In this document: positions 1-11,110 of the stretch, piece after piece | Position numbering within the stretch: the stretch's first letter is position 1 | Layout: every line of letters starts with the position of its first letter | IMG/VR virus record: IMGVR_UViG_3300043449_002510 | Coordinates: 60,149-124,148 of that record | Strand: one strand, 5' to 3' | From: a virus | DNA: 64,000 nt | Notes under the pieces: generated by a model | The model's database searches: none | Told to the model about the DNA's origin: nothing | Seen by the model: the letters and a program-made list of their open reading frames with translations, nothing else | Made by a program: the position numbers and the translations under genes

Positions 1-1263
1 ACACAAAATGAAGATGGGACAGTAAACGTTAATCACAAAATTAGTGCGAGAGGTGTAAGAAATAATTTAGGAGCATTTCAAAATGCAATAAATTTTGTAA
101 AATCTTTTACTGGAAAAGATCCTTTTTCAAATTGTGTGCCCTACTTTGTCCCTAGTGGATCTGGAGTTTTATTAAATTTATCTGAAAATATAAATAGAGC
201 AGATGGAATTTATTCTGTTACTGAGGTATATAAGTATAATACGGGAGTTATTTCTGAAGCTTTACATATTACATCATTAGATATTGATGAAAGCTTGGGG
301 TCTGAATATAGTTCAATAAGTTATAATTTAAAAGTTATTGGTTCTCCAATTTATAAGAATACAGACTCAATTATAAGTAATTATTTAAATTATAATCTTT
401 TAAATGATATTCAAAATGATTTTGGTTTAAATACATCTGGCTGGGTAAAAAATACATATTCTGCCGCCGTTGATTCTGGAGCCGCAACAATTGATATAAA
501 AGTCGAATATCTTTCTGGCGCAAATCCTAGTGGTTTTTTTGATTATGTTATATCTTGCGACAAGGATCATTTAATGGGAATAGAAAATTGGAAGATAGAG
601 GGAGAATTTAAATGTTTCGGTCCTTTAGATTATAAAATTAATCAATTAAACGCTTTCAAATCTACAAATAAGAATAATTCTTGGAGAACGTATTTAATTA
701 ATTTGATAACTAATTCGCAAATTTACAATTCTTTACATGATGTAGACAAAGTTTTTTCTATAAACACAAACGTTAATCAGGATGAAAATTTAAAAATCGG
801 AGCTTTAAAGTTATCTCTTACTTTAAATATGGGATACGAGCCTGATGGACTTGCTGATTTAAAATATTCAATTAATGGAAGTCCAAGCAAATGGATCTAC
901 GAACTTATGCCATCGGTTAATATAGAAGGGGCTTATGTTGTTCAAAGTTTGGAGACAAAAACGAATGGCGTAATTGAATTAAATGTTTCAGCTAAATCTC
1001 TTCAAAAAGAAAATGGATTGAATCTATGCAATAGTTATATAAATAATTTGGCAAATACTTACATTGATTCTGGAAATGATTTGAATGTGAAAGCATTTTT
1101 GATTGAAGATTTTTATTCTACTGGAACATACGATGTTTCTTACTCAAAAAAATTTATAGGAAATATAAAAGATATAGATTCAACTTTGGTTAATTTACAA
1201 TGTTTTGGAACATTTGATTATTCAGTGCCAACAAGAATAAAAGGATATAATTTTGGTTACTAA
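1..1263 (+). CDS. 5'-truncated putative virion structural protein
   Basis: Frame is open from base 1 (TQNEDGTVNVNHKISARG...), so the GTG at 136 is internal; beta-rich composition; first gene of a + strand block of large structural-type ORFs. Confidence 0.6.
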   Translation, partial: TQNEDGTVNVNHKISARGVRNNLGAFQNAINFVKSFTGKDPFSNCVPYFVPSGSGVLLNLSENINRADGIYSVTEVYKYNTGVISEALHITSLDIDESLGSEYSSISYNLKVIGSPIYKNTDSIISNYLNYNLLNDIQNDFGLNTSGWVKNTYSAAVDSGAATIDIKVEYLSGANPSGFFDYVISCDKDHLMGIENWKIEGEFKCFGPLDYKINQLNAFKSTNKNNSWRTYLINLITNSQIYNSLHDVDKVFSINTNVNQDENLKIGALKLSLTLNMGYEPDGLADLKYSINGSPSKWIYELMPSVNIEGAYVVQSLETKTNGVIELNVSAKSLQKENGLNLCNSYINNLANTYIDSGNDLNVKAFLIEDFYSTGTYDVSYSKKFIGNIKDIDSTLVNLQCFGTFDYSVPTRIKGYNFGY

Positions 1264-1267
1264 TTTT

Positions 1268-1273
1268 GTGTAA
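1268..1273 (+). promoter_or_regulatory. GTGTAA putative late-promoter motif
   Basis: Motif recurs in short intergenic regions upstream of at least 11 genes/RNAs (see findings). Confidence 0.55.
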
Positions 1274-1296
1274 TTATATTGGTAAAAAGGTAAAGA

Positions 1297-4227
1297 ATGA
1301 ATAAGGATGTATTTTTAAATTGTTTGTCATATACTGGAATTAATACAGGAATTTCAGTAATGGGTCTTTATTCTTTTTCTAGTGGTCTTTCTGGAGCTTG
1401 TTTCAATCAATTGTATTCATCTGGATATAATTATTTTAGTGGATTGCCGTATGAAGGCGCTCTTCCATTAATTTATAATGGGGCTGGAAATCAAACTAGT
1501 GGTATTTTTTCTTCTAATCAGTCGTATCATATACCAATAAAAAATTTTAATAGTTTTGGTGCTTTAATTTCTTTAAATCATAGTGGCTGTTTAAATACTG
1601 GAAATACTAATTTAGTTTTATTCTCTACTGTTTCTGATTTCTCAGGAATAAATTCTGGGATAGTATTGGGAATTACTCCTTCTAATAGGTTGTTTTTAAA
1701 TGCTTCTGGATATCTTTCGACCATTTCAGAAGAAATAACTCCAAATGATTTTGTTTTCGTTAGTTTAGAAGAGAAAAGATTTGTTAATTTTGGAATATTT
1801 AACATAAAACATAATGAATTTTATAAAAAATCTTATGATTATAATTCTTCAGATTTAATTATTGAGAAATTGTATTTTGGAGGGGTTTTGAAATATCCTT
1901 CTATTTATACGGGTTATTCTGGAAAATTAAATGAAATTTATTTTTTTAGTGGAGCTATAGATGATTTTTTGTTTAACTCTTGTATTGATTGCACTTATGC
2001 AACCGGATATTCTTATTCGCAATCAATAGATATTTTTAATCAAGTAAAAATAACAGGTTCTTTCTGGAGTGGAATAAAAGAAACAAGAATTACTGGAAGC
2101 AAAAAAACAACGGGCACTTTTTTAAAAACCGATGGTTCAACTGGTAATTTTTATTATGATTCTGGCTTAAGTGGAAGTGTAGAAGTTTATCAAAACTTAT
2201 TTCCCGGAACAGGAATAGAAAATTTATATATAACAGGTAGTGGTATAGATTTTTATTTTGATTCTAGTAAAAAAATTTCTCAAACAAGTTTTGATTTATT
2301 TTTTGATCTGGGGTTAGATTCTGGAGATGTTCTGGAAATTTATACATATAAAAATTTTAATCCTAATGTTAACTTAAATATTATTGACGATTTTTTCCCA
2401 TCTACAGATAATTATGTTCAATTATTTGCCAACGGTTTGGCCGAAACGAAGGATGGAGAAAGTCAATATTTTTCAGATTTTTATACTGGTTTTAATAATA
2501 AAATTTATAATTTTGATTCGCAAGATATTCTTTCTTGTGATTTTACTACTGGAAATTCTATAACTATTCCTTACAATAATCAAGGTTGCATTACTGGTGA
2601 AGCCACTTCAAGCGAAGTGATTGATATATATCAAATAAACGCCTATCCCTTCTTCCCAGAGGTAAGTAGCGAAGAAGAAATTCCTCCTTTTATTTACGAT
2701 CTTTATTTGAATGGCAAAAAATTAATAAGTGGTTTAGACTATATTATAACTGGAGTTCCGGGGGGTATTGATGGTTGGTCTAATCATATTTATCTTTCTG
2801 GAGATAATAGTTTGTTATTTAATTTAGAAAATCCTCAAGAATTTAAATTAGTTATATCTCAACCAAATTATGTAAGAAATTTATTTTATATAACTAAAGA
2901 TACTCATTATTTAACTGGTTTGTCTGGATTTTCAGAGCAAATTTGGAAAAATGGTATTCGTCAAAAAAATAAAATAGACTATTATATAAAGAATTCTTGT
3001 AATTTTTATTCTGGAGAATATTTAGATCCAAACTATTCTTTCCAATTATTAAATTCTACAAATTCGTTTATTAATGATTTTACAAGTTTAGGTAATTATG
3101 TTTATAGAAATGCTCAACAACAAATAGAATCATTGACTCAAAATTCATCTGTTGATACGAAGAAAATTTTTTCAAATACTGATTTTATTAATTATGAAAC
3201 TCAAACTTCTTTGCCTTCATGCGTTTTTAGTGGAAGTGGAGTAAATAAAAATTTATACGTAACAAATATAAGCTCTGGAACAATAAAGAGTGGAATGTTT
3301 ATATATGGGGCAAATTATCAAAATCAAATTATAACAGGATTTGTCCAAGGAACCTATGGAAATACCGGTTTATATTCAACAAATACATCAGATAACTTTT
3401 CTCAAAAATTATTGACTGGCTATTCTATTCCAAATTTTGAAAGAAATACTGGTTGTTGGGTTTATCCTCTTGGAAAAGAATTGACATGTATCAGCCCATG
3501 GAATTCTCACAATTTATTTGAATCAAATACTAGAACTTGCACTTTAATAACTCCACAACATGTATTATGCGCCACTCACTTTCCACCAAATTCTGCCGGA
3601 AATACAATTGTTTTTGTAACGGAAGATAATCAAATAATTACAAGAAAAGTCGTAGATAATTCTTATGTCCAAAATTTCATGAGTGATTTACTTGTTATTT
3701 TGTTAGATTCTCCATTGCCAGATTCAATAAAACCATGTCTTTTATTACCTTCTAATTATTTAAATTATTTAAATTTTAAACCTATTATTAGTAACATTCA
3801 ATATAGTTATAAACATACTTCTCCGGAAGTTTGCGGTCTTTTTTTAGACAAGCAAAAACAAGCCAATATAGGCGCTATGGAATTCGGTTTTAAATTAGAT
3901 GGTGTTAATATAATAAGTAATGGAACAAGAACCGTTAGAATAATAGATTCAGAAAATGAACTTTTGAAATCTTTTTATGAACAAGTTATTGTTGGAGACT
4001 CTGGTAGCCCTCTTTTTCTTATAATAAATGGAAAACTGTGCTTGTTAACTACATTTAAAGATCCTGGAGGTGGACATTTGGTGGGAGATTATATTTCTTA
4101 TATTAATTCCGCTATAGCAACACTAAAAATAGAAAATCCAGATTGGATTTCTACTGATTATACAGTTACAGAATTTGACTTTTCTGAATTTGATAAACGA
4201 AATAATTATCCATTTTTTTATCCTTAA
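1297..4227 (+). CDS. Virion/tail protein with N-terminal LamG-like region and C-terminal trypsin-like serine protease domain
   Basis: N-terminal 'LYFGG...YSGKLNEIYFFSG' resembles a ConA/LamG core; C-terminal CTLITPQHVLCATHF, SDLLVILLD and GDSGSPLF give a His-Asp-Ser triad. Confidence 0.75.
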   Translation: MNKDVFLNCLSYTGINTGISVMGLYSFSSGLSGACFNQLYSSGYNYFSGLPYEGALPLIYNGAGNQTSGIFSSNQSYHIPIKNFNSFGALISLNHSGCLNTGNTNLVLFSTVSDFSGINSGIVLGITPSNRLFLNASGYLSTISEEITPNDFVFVSLEEKRFVNFGIFNIKHNEFYKKSYDYNSSDLIIEKLYFGGVLKYPSIYTGYSGKLNEIYFFSGAIDDFLFNSCIDCTYATGYSYSQSIDIFNQVKITGSFWSGIKETRITGSKKTTGTFLKTDGSTGNFYYDSGLSGSVEVYQNLFPGTGIENLYITGSGIDFYFDSSKKISQTSFDLFFDLGLDSGDVLEIYTYKNFNPNVNLNIIDDFFPSTDNYVQLFANGLAETKDGESQYFSDFYTGFNNKIYNFDSQDILSCDFTTGNSITIPYNNQGCITGEATSSEVIDIYQINAYPFFPEVSSEEEIPPFIYDLYLNGKKLISGLDYIITGVPGGIDGWSNHIYLSGDNSLLFNLENPQEFKLVISQPNYVRNLFYITKDTHYLTGLSGFSEQIWKNGIRQKNKIDYYIKNSCNFYSGEYLDPNYSFQLLNSTNSFINDFTSLGNYVYRNAQQQIESLTQNSSVDTKKIFSNTDFINYETQTSLPSCVFSGSGVNKNLYVTNISSGTIKSGMFIYGANYQNQIITGFVQGTYGNTGLYSTNTSDNFSQKLLTGYSIPNFERNTGCWVYPLGKELTCISPWNSHNLFESNTRTCTLITPQHVLCATHFPPNSAGNTIVFVTEDNQIITRKVVDNSYVQNFMSDLLVILLDSPLPDSIKPCLLLPSNYLNYLNFKPIISNIQYSYKHTSPEVCGLFLDKQKQANIGAMEFGFKLDGVNIISNGTRTVRIIDSENELLKSFYEQVIVGDSGSPLFLIINGKLCLLTTFKDPGGGHLVGDYISYINSAIATLKIENPDWISTDYTVTEFDFSEFDKRNNYPFFYP

Positions 4228-4245
4228 TTCCAAATATAATAATAT

Positions 4246-7200
4246 ATGATTCAAAAATTGCAAGGAGTTAAAATAACGCCAAGGGGCAGTGATAATAGAT
4301 TTGTTAAACAAAACTGGCCTAATTCATACGCTTTTGGTGGGTGGATTTATAGCGCTAATGTTTCTATTGGTTATAATGATAATCCAACAGAAATTAGAAT
4401 GAGTATAGTTTTAGAAACCTCTACCTTTTCTCAATCTGCTGCGAAATTTGACATACTTGAATCTGATTTGCGTTGTGATGCCGGAAATGGAGGCTTAAAT
4501 AATGAAACATGGTTTGATATAGATCTAGAAGGTTTACTTTTTAAAAATTTTCTTCTTTATCAATACGATTTTTCAATAGAATCAAATCAAAAAATTTTAA
4601 ATATATTATTTAAAGATTATTCTATTCTTTTAGATAAAATTTATATCGGTCTTTATAAAAAACAAAGTTATAAAGAAAATTTTATAAAAAGTGCTAAATG
4701 CGAAATTAATTTACCAATCAGATGTCAAGATTGCGAATATAATGGATCTGCAATTATTGGAACTGGAAGTGCATATAGAGACATCGGCTTTGCTTCTTAC
4801 GCCGGAGTAAACGGGAAAATTTTTGATAATTTTAGTAATTTTTATTATGGAGCTGGAAATGTTTATGATGCTTGGAATCAATTAATTTCTAATACTGGAG
4901 TTGGCCCTGGAAAATTTGATTTAAATGGTGGTTATTTAATTATCGGTACAGAAAGCGCAACTGAAGAAAGGTGTAATTCTTCTCCAAACATAACTTATAG
5001 TTTCATAGAGCTGTTAGCTTCTTTAAGAAAAAATGGAATGAAATTCATAGGTTCTTTTCCGACTGGGTTAGTCGATTCTGATTTTATTTACAGAGCAAAT
5101 CATATAGGTTCATTAAGAGAAGTGTTACAAAATTGGTGTTCTGATTTGGGTTATACTTTTTATTGTAGTGGTAGAAGTTTTGTTGGAATTGACTTAAAAA
5201 ATCCGATAGATATTTCTAATATAGCAAATATTGCGGATCCAACAACTAATTTAGGTAAATATTTTGTTATAAATAATCGCAATACAGAAATAGGTGGTTC
5301 AGATACCAATAGTGCAATTTTATCTTTCAAATCTTCTTTTTCTTTGGATAATACTTTTAAACAATCTGTAATAGTAGAAAATAGTTATCCTACAACAGAG
5401 TCAAACACTTCAAAAACTGTCAAAAGATATGTGGGGATTACTCCATTACATCCAATATCTTTAAATCAATACGATAGAGATAATATTGCAGATTCAAATA
5501 TTTATGGAGAACCATTTATTAGGCCACGCTTTGATATAAAATGGTATGATAATCAATATGTAAATGGAGATTCTCTTTACGCAAATTTTGAAATGTTAGA
5601 TGGTAGAAGTTATTATGATGTTGATGCTGCTATAGCTTTATCAAATTATAATGATGTATTAAGAGATTTATTTGTAGCTCAAAGAGTTTTGTATAACGTT
5701 AGATCATTAAATGCTAGCGAGACAGATTCTTTAGCGAATCCGTATTGTTTAGCTAATTTTAATGCCTTGGGAATGTTTCCAATTTTAGAAATAGACGATA
5801 GTCAAATCAAAGCTGATATAATTACAGACTATTTTAGTAATGGAGAAAAAGATGACGTTTCTAATTTAAATATGGAATCCGAATATTTTCGAGTTTTTGT
5901 TGGTTTTTATAACGAAGACTTAAAAAACGAAATCGTTTCATGGGAAAAAAATGCGGCTAATTCTATGTATAAATATGGAGTAGTAACTAATGGGCCTTTG
6001 AGATATGCACCTTATGTTTCTCCAGATGTTTTAAGTGATGTTTCTCCAACTCTTGGTTTTTATGGTAAAGATGGATTGATATATAATAGAATAAAAAATA
6101 ACTTTACTCCTTCTGCTGATAGATATGCGAGTGTAAAATATACTCCATTCTTAGACGTTTTACTTTATGATGGTTTAGTCAGAAGTTCTAGCGAAGGAAT
6201 TTATCCTGAAAATAATCCAAATTATCCAGAGTTTGTTCCACCCGGTTATTCTATTTCTTCAGCAAGAATCCCAACTGGTTTATGGATTGCTGCATTGGAA
6301 AACGATTGGGGAACTTCAAAGCAAGAATTTGACAAAGCTCTTTCTTTTAATTTTGATGATGAATGCGCTTCTCAATATTCTTTGGATCAAACAGTATCTC
6401 AAATTGTTACTGCGAGCGATAGAAATGCCCAAGATTGGAATTTAAATTATTTCAAACCAATAGCTAGTCCAAATTTAGAAAAGATAAGTGATATCATTGA
6501 AAGCGATTTGTATAATTTTGATTCAGTCTTAGATAATGTAATAACAACTTATACTGATTTTCATTGGGTAGAAAAAAAACATTGTCAAAAATTACATGTA
6601 TTAATAATTCCAGATACAACAAGACACCCGAATTTAAATATTTCCTTTGCTAAAAATGGTATCAATAAAGTTAATGGGCAAGTTTTAGAACAATTTAAAC
6701 AAAAACTTTACAACAAAGACCAAGAAAAGAAAGTTACAAAAACTCCAAGTATTTGTTCTTTAGGAGTTTTAGAAGAGATGTGCAGAAATGTTTTAAGTGG
6801 AAATACCTCTTCAAATTTTAAAAACTTAGACGGTAGCAAGTTATATACTTATCAAGTTGGGTGCGCAATTTTTGAAGATAAAGATAATTACTTTTTAGAT
6901 GGCTTTGATAGCAACCTTTTGTATTCTCCTAATTCAAGAAGTTTAAGTATAACAATTAGTAAAAATCCGGGGGGGTACAACGAAATAGGCCATTCTGTTG
7001 ATGATAATGGAGATTATTATTATGAAGATTTAGATTTGGGGATATTAGAAATTAAAAGCAATTCGGCTACTTTAGATATTGTATATCCAATACAATCTAA
7101 TGCAGGTTCTGCAAATTATTATGGTATTTTATCAACTGAAGTTTCAACAGATATTCGTCTTCCAGCTTTTACTCAAGTATACGGAGAACCAGTTAATACA

Positions 7201-7620
7201 ACGAACAATAATGTTTCTTCTTTTAAGATAATAAATAACATAACTGATAATTCTTTAAATCCAAAATTAGATCCTTATAGTAATCAAGTTAAATCTTATA
7301 TGACTGTAATAACTGGAGGGGGGTCGGATACTATTATCACTACGCCTGATCAATATTATAATTATGTTAAAAATTTAAATAACTATAATCTTGAAACACC
7401 AATGAAAACGGTTGAAGTTACTTTGGCTGGGCCTCCAAATCAATTCGGTAATTTTATTAAATATTTAAACCCGTCTTATGGATTAAACCAATTGTCTCTT
7501 TCTATTTCTGATAATGGAGTCAAAACTTCGCTTTCTTTTTCTGATAGACCAAAAACATTACCGAAACAAGAAGCAATTTTAAATAACATAGGACCAAGAA
7601 TTAAGGGTAATTATAATTAA
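4246..7620 (+). CDS. Large putative tail/baseplate protein (1124 aa)
   Basis: Structural operon context; 'GSLREVLQNWCSDLGYTFY' and C-terminal 'LSLSISDNGVKTSLSFS' resemble tail-hub-type proteins. Confidence 0.5.
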   Translation: MIQKLQGVKITPRGSDNRFVKQNWPNSYAFGGWIYSANVSIGYNDNPTEIRMSIVLETSTFSQSAAKFDILESDLRCDAGNGGLNNETWFDIDLEGLLFKNFLLYQYDFSIESNQKILNILFKDYSILLDKIYIGLYKKQSYKENFIKSAKCEINLPIRCQDCEYNGSAIIGTGSAYRDIGFASYAGVNGKIFDNFSNFYYGAGNVYDAWNQLISNTGVGPGKFDLNGGYLIIGTESATEERCNSSPNITYSFIELLASLRKNGMKFIGSFPTGLVDSDFIYRANHIGSLREVLQNWCSDLGYTFYCSGRSFVGIDLKNPIDISNIANIADPTTNLGKYFVINNRNTEIGGSDTNSAILSFKSSFSLDNTFKQSVIVENSYPTTESNTSKTVKRYVGITPLHPISLNQYDRDNIADSNIYGEPFIRPRFDIKWYDNQYVNGDSLYANFEMLDGRSYYDVDAAIALSNYNDVLRDLFVAQRVLYNVRSLNASETDSLANPYCLANFNALGMFPILEIDDSQIKADIITDYFSNGEKDDVSNLNMESEYFRVFVGFYNEDLKNEIVSWEKNAANSMYKYGVVTNGPLRYAPYVSPDVLSDVSPTLGFYGKDGLIYNRIKNNFTPSADRYASVKYTPFLDVLLYDGLVRSSSEGIYPENNPNYPEFVPPGYSISSARIPTGLWIAALENDWGTSKQEFDKALSFNFDDECASQYSLDQTVSQIVTASDRNAQDWNLNYFKPIASPNLEKISDIIESDLYNFDSVLDNVITTYTDFHWVEKKHCQKLHVLIIPDTTRHPNLNISFAKNGINKVNGQVLEQFKQKLYNKDQEKKVTKTPSICSLGVLEEMCRNVLSGNTSSNFKNLDGSKLYTYQVGCAIFEDKDNYFLDGFDSNLLYSPNSRSLSITISKNPGGYNEIGHSVDDNGDYYYEDLDLGILEIKSNSATLDIVYPIQSNAGSANYYGILSTEVSTDIRLPAFTQVYGEPVNTTNNNVSSFKIINNITDNSLNPKLDPYSNQVKSYMTVITGGGSDTIITTPDQYYNYVKNLNNYNLETPMKTVEVTLAGPPNQFGNFIKYLNPSYGLNQLSLSISDNGVKTSLSFSDRPKTLPKQEAILNNIGPRIKGNYN

Positions 7621-7621
7621 T

Positions 7622-9406
7622 ATGCAATTTTCAGAAAAAACTATTTTTTATGATCTTCCTCAAGTAGAAAATTTTTCTTTCTGCATTAGTGGAATTTCAA
7701 TTTTTGATATGTCTGACGTATCATTTTCGTTTTTTGATACTGGTTCTGGCTCATTTTCTTTTAATTTAAAAAGTGGTTTATTATACGCAGACAAACTGGT
7801 ATATACTTATAATACTCAAGAAAAAATTGATATTTATGGTTATACGAAAAGTGGAGATATAATTTATAAAATAAATGATGTAGCAGGAAAAATAACGGGA
7901 AAATTTTCTAAATTAGACAAGCTTTCTATAGATTTATTTGGCGAGCCCATTTATTGTGATATTTATATAAATTCTTATCCTATAAATTATAATTTATCTG
8001 TTCTACCTAACTATTCTTTAAGTGGTACATTATCTGGCTCATTAATATCTGATGCAAAATTTAATGTAAAAGATTATTCTTTATTGTTTTATAATTCAAA
8101 TATAAACCTTCTTTCTGGAGAAAGTAATTTAACTGGCAAAGTTCTTGTTGGAGAAAAAGCTATTTCTTTTAAAGATATCGATCCTTCTAATTTTGAATAC
8201 ACAAATCCTTTTGTAATAACTCTGAATACTGTATTTGGAGGAATACAAAAAAGTGTTTCTTCTTATAGAGGAGATTTTTATAATAGAAATACTTTTTCTT
8301 TAAACGGAAATTTAATTAATGATTATGAAAAATCATTATTATTCGATGGGTCTTGGGAGGGAAATAAATTTACTTATTCTAAAACAAATCAAAATTATAA
8401 TTTAAATTATTCTTTTCAAAGTTTAGATTATGTTGGAACAGTTTTATCAACTTCAGTATCAGCAAAATTTGAACCAATTTTTCCAATTAACAATTCTTAT
8501 TACAAGTCTGAATATGTAACTGGATTTATTCTTACAAATTCCGGAATTTATTCGGGACAAAAACCAACTGCAGAATTTTCAAAATACTATTATGTGGAAG
8601 GTGTTAGTCAACCATTTCAAAATTTACTTTTTAGTTCTGGTTGCGGAGACTCTATTTTAATAAATTATATTGGAAATTCAACTGGGCAAGCTAGCGGGTA
8701 TTTAACAGCTAGAAATGTATATATTAGTGGCATCTATGGAGAAGGAGTAAATCTTTATAAAGGAATATTTAAATATACTTCTTATAGTAATGGGTCTGGT
8801 TATACAGAGGCTCCTTTAATTTCTTGGGGGACTGGTGGGGGTTGTTTTAGTTTGGCCGATGTTTCTGGAGAAAAAGGTCAATTTAAAAAAATAAATGGAA
8901 CTAAAGCTAATGTAATCTCTCACGCAGATTATTTAGCTGGAACTGTATTAACTGAGGATTTAATAAGTGGGTCTTATGTTACTGGATATAAAGTATCTGG
9001 ATTAAAAATAACAAACATTGGATCTGGATATAACTCCACCTTTCCTCCAAAAGTTACTTTCATAAGATTTAATGGAGATTCTTTAAATAATAATGCATCT
9101 GGAGTTTTAAATTACAAACAGAGTGGTTTATATAATTTTACTGGATCTTGGTCTGTTAATTATAATTTATTAGACTCGGATAATTATAATTTAAGTGGTT
9201 ATTCTAATTATTATTCTGGAGATATTGTGTTGCCTTCTGGAAAAAATATTATTAATTTTAATATAAATTTATCTGGTTTAGATAACACGAGCCCTATATC
9301 TGGATTGTTTACTTTGAAAATGGGATATGGGTCAAATGAAAAAATAATACAAAATTACATTTATAATGATAGATCTTATAATTCAAATACTGGAGCTTTA
9401 AATTAA
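7622..9406 (+). CDS. Putative tail/baseplate-associated structural protein
   Basis: Repeated 'NGSGYTEAP', 'TNIGSGYNSTFPPKVTF' and 'TNSGIYSGQKPTAEF' motifs typical of large-phage structural proteins; coupled to upstream gene (TAA t ATG). Confidence 0.6.
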   Translation: MQFSEKTIFYDLPQVENFSFCISGISIFDMSDVSFSFFDTGSGSFSFNLKSGLLYADKLVYTYNTQEKIDIYGYTKSGDIIYKINDVAGKITGKFSKLDKLSIDLFGEPIYCDIYINSYPINYNLSVLPNYSLSGTLSGSLISDAKFNVKDYSLLFYNSNINLLSGESNLTGKVLVGEKAISFKDIDPSNFEYTNPFVITLNTVFGGIQKSVSSYRGDFYNRNTFSLNGNLINDYEKSLLFDGSWEGNKFTYSKTNQNYNLNYSFQSLDYVGTVLSTSVSAKFEPIFPINNSYYKSEYVTGFILTNSGIYSGQKPTAEFSKYYYVEGVSQPFQNLLFSSGCGDSILINYIGNSTGQASGYLTARNVYISGIYGEGVNLYKGIFKYTSYSNGSGYTEAPLISWGTGGGCFSLADVSGEKGQFKKINGTKANVISHADYLAGTVLTEDLISGSYVTGYKVSGLKITNIGSGYNSTFPPKVTFIRFNGDSLNNNASGVLNYKQSGLYNFTGSWSVNYNLLDSDNYNLSGYSNYYSGDIVLPSGKNIINFNINLSGLDNTSPISGLFTLKMGYGSNEKIIQNYIYNDRSYNSNTGALN

Positions 9407-9407
9407 T

Positions 9408-10334
9408 ATGCCATCAACATCTAAAACAATAGAAGAAATAAAGAAAACAAATAAAAATATTAAAGATCAAAATAGTGTTTATGATGCATTTGTTTTAGCT
9501 AACTATGGCGATCCCGGATTAGATGAAGATTATTTTGCAGATATTCACAGTAGGTATCTTATATGTATATTAGATTCGCCATTAAGGCTTTTTAGTTATG
9601 ATCGCTGGTATGTAAAAATGACTGTATTGGTGAAAAGACCAGAGCAATTATGGATAGACTATGAAGGGGATTTTTTAAATTCTCCATCTTCACAAAAAAG
9701 AAAAGATTATTCTTATAATATTAATTCTGGACCCGCTGGCTCTTATGTCGTTGATAATATACCGAGAATAAATTATCCTTACGAAATTGGTGAAAAAATT
9801 AAAATAAAAAATACTTCTCCTCAAGATATTTTCTATTCAAAAACTCCAGTAGAACTTTTTGAAAGCAATCTTTTGTATAAAACATGGCACAAAAAAGGCG
9901 CTGACAAATTAAATTTTTATACTTTAGATAATCCTATAGAAAATTATTTAAATACTAGAACAATTTACCCAATTGAAAAAATAAATGATTCATTAAGTAA
10001 TTATGGGGTATTTTTTAATAAATATCAATATGAAGCAATGATTTTGAATTTATTAAATAATTCTTTTTTAAGAAATTTTTTCAAAGGTTTAAATACAGAA
10101 GCATTTTTTAATAATGCTCATGGTGGATATTTTTTTAGAAGAGAAGCGGCTACTCCAGCTATTAGTTTTAAAAAATTAATATACGAAGATGTAAACGTCG
10201 GTGGAAAAGCAAGAATTGCTTCAAATAGCTGTCTCCCTTTGGTTGTAACGTCTCCAAACTCTTTTGCGACACCCAAAGTAAGAGAAGGTGGAGTTATAAA
10301 TTATAACCCCACCTATATTCCTTATACAAATTAG
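9408..10334 (+). CDS. Hypothetical protein (structural operon)
   Basis: 308-aa ORF coupled to upstream gene. Confidence 0.5.
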   Translation: MPSTSKTIEEIKKTNKNIKDQNSVYDAFVLANYGDPGLDEDYFADIHSRYLICILDSPLRLFSYDRWYVKMTVLVKRPEQLWIDYEGDFLNSPSSQKRKDYSYNINSGPAGSYVVDNIPRINYPYEIGEKIKIKNTSPQDIFYSKTPVELFESNLLYKTWHKKGADKLNFYTLDNPIENYLNTRTIYPIEKINDSLSNYGVFFNKYQYEAMILNLLNNSFLRNFFKGLNTEAFFNNAHGGYFFRREAATPAISFKKLIYEDVNVGGKARIASNSCLPLVVTSPNSFATPKVREGGVINYNPTYIPYTN

Positions 10335-10347
10335 TAGTAAATAAAAA

Positions 10348-11076
10348 TTATTTTTTATTAACTTTCTTTTTTATTCTCTCTATTAATTCAAATTGCTTGA
10401 ATTTGGGGATATCAGAAATCGATTCTAATGAGCCCGCATTATCAAAATTTTCTTCGATTAATTTATCTTTAATTTTTTGAAATGAAATTCCGTGTTTTTT
10501 CATTAATTCTTCAAGAATATTTGAAGAAGTATCCTCTATCGTTTGCTCAGACACAGAAGGGGCCATCTCGTCTTGACCAGTAATGTTGATTTTTAAGAAA
10601 TTCCGTACGCAACGAATAAAAGCTCGATTTTCAGCTATTGGTCCAAGAAAATTTTTACCAAAACTTGTCGTATTAAATGGACTAGCGTCACCTATTGCAC
10701 TAAATGTAATTGCCTTATTCTCTGTCTCAAAATTAGGATTCCAAGTTATTTTGCAAACGACGGCGATATAATCTCCAGCTGGAGAATCAATCTGATATTC
10801 TACGGATTGATAACCTCTAATTTGAGCTAATTCTTTAATTCCGCCAAGTAAAATTAAAAGATCCTTGTCTTCAAGACCATCTATGTTTTTAGGCACAGCT
10901 TTTCCAAACTTTTCAAAATTTTGTTTATTTGGAACAAGATATTTTGGATTTATCATTCTTCTCCAATCTACAAGACCTTCTGAAGTATAAGAATATTTTA
11001 CTGATCCATTGTTGATTAATCCATACTCATTTCTGGTGACAAAAATACTTGGGATAAAAGAATTGTTTTGACTCAT
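10348..11076 (-). CDS. Putative ssDNA-annealing protein (Rad52/Sak-like fold)
   Basis: 'AVVCKITW...FSAIGDAS...IAENRAFIRCVRNFLKI...DEM' resembles the beta-beta-alpha core of phage annealing proteins. Confidence 0.45.
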   Translation of the reverse strand: MSQNNSFIPSIFVTRNEYGLINNGSVKYSYTSEGLVDWRRMINPKYLVPNKQNFEKFGKAVPKNIDGLEDKDLLILLGGIKELAQIRGYQSVEYQIDSPAGDYIAVVCKITWNPNFETENKAITFSAIGDASPFNTTSFGKNFLGPIAENRAFIRCVRNFLKINITGQDEMAPSVSEQTIEDTSSNILEELMKKHGISFQKIKDKLIEENFDNAGSLESISDIPKFKQFELIERIKKKVNKK

Positions 11077-11082
11077 TTTCTA

Positions 11083-11110
11083 ATGATAGAACTTTTTCTA
11101 AAAAAGTCAA
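11083..11110 (-). promoter_or_regulatory. sigma70-type promoter TTGACT-N16-TATCAT
   Basis: Lies just upstream of the ATG at 11076. Confidence 0.5.
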
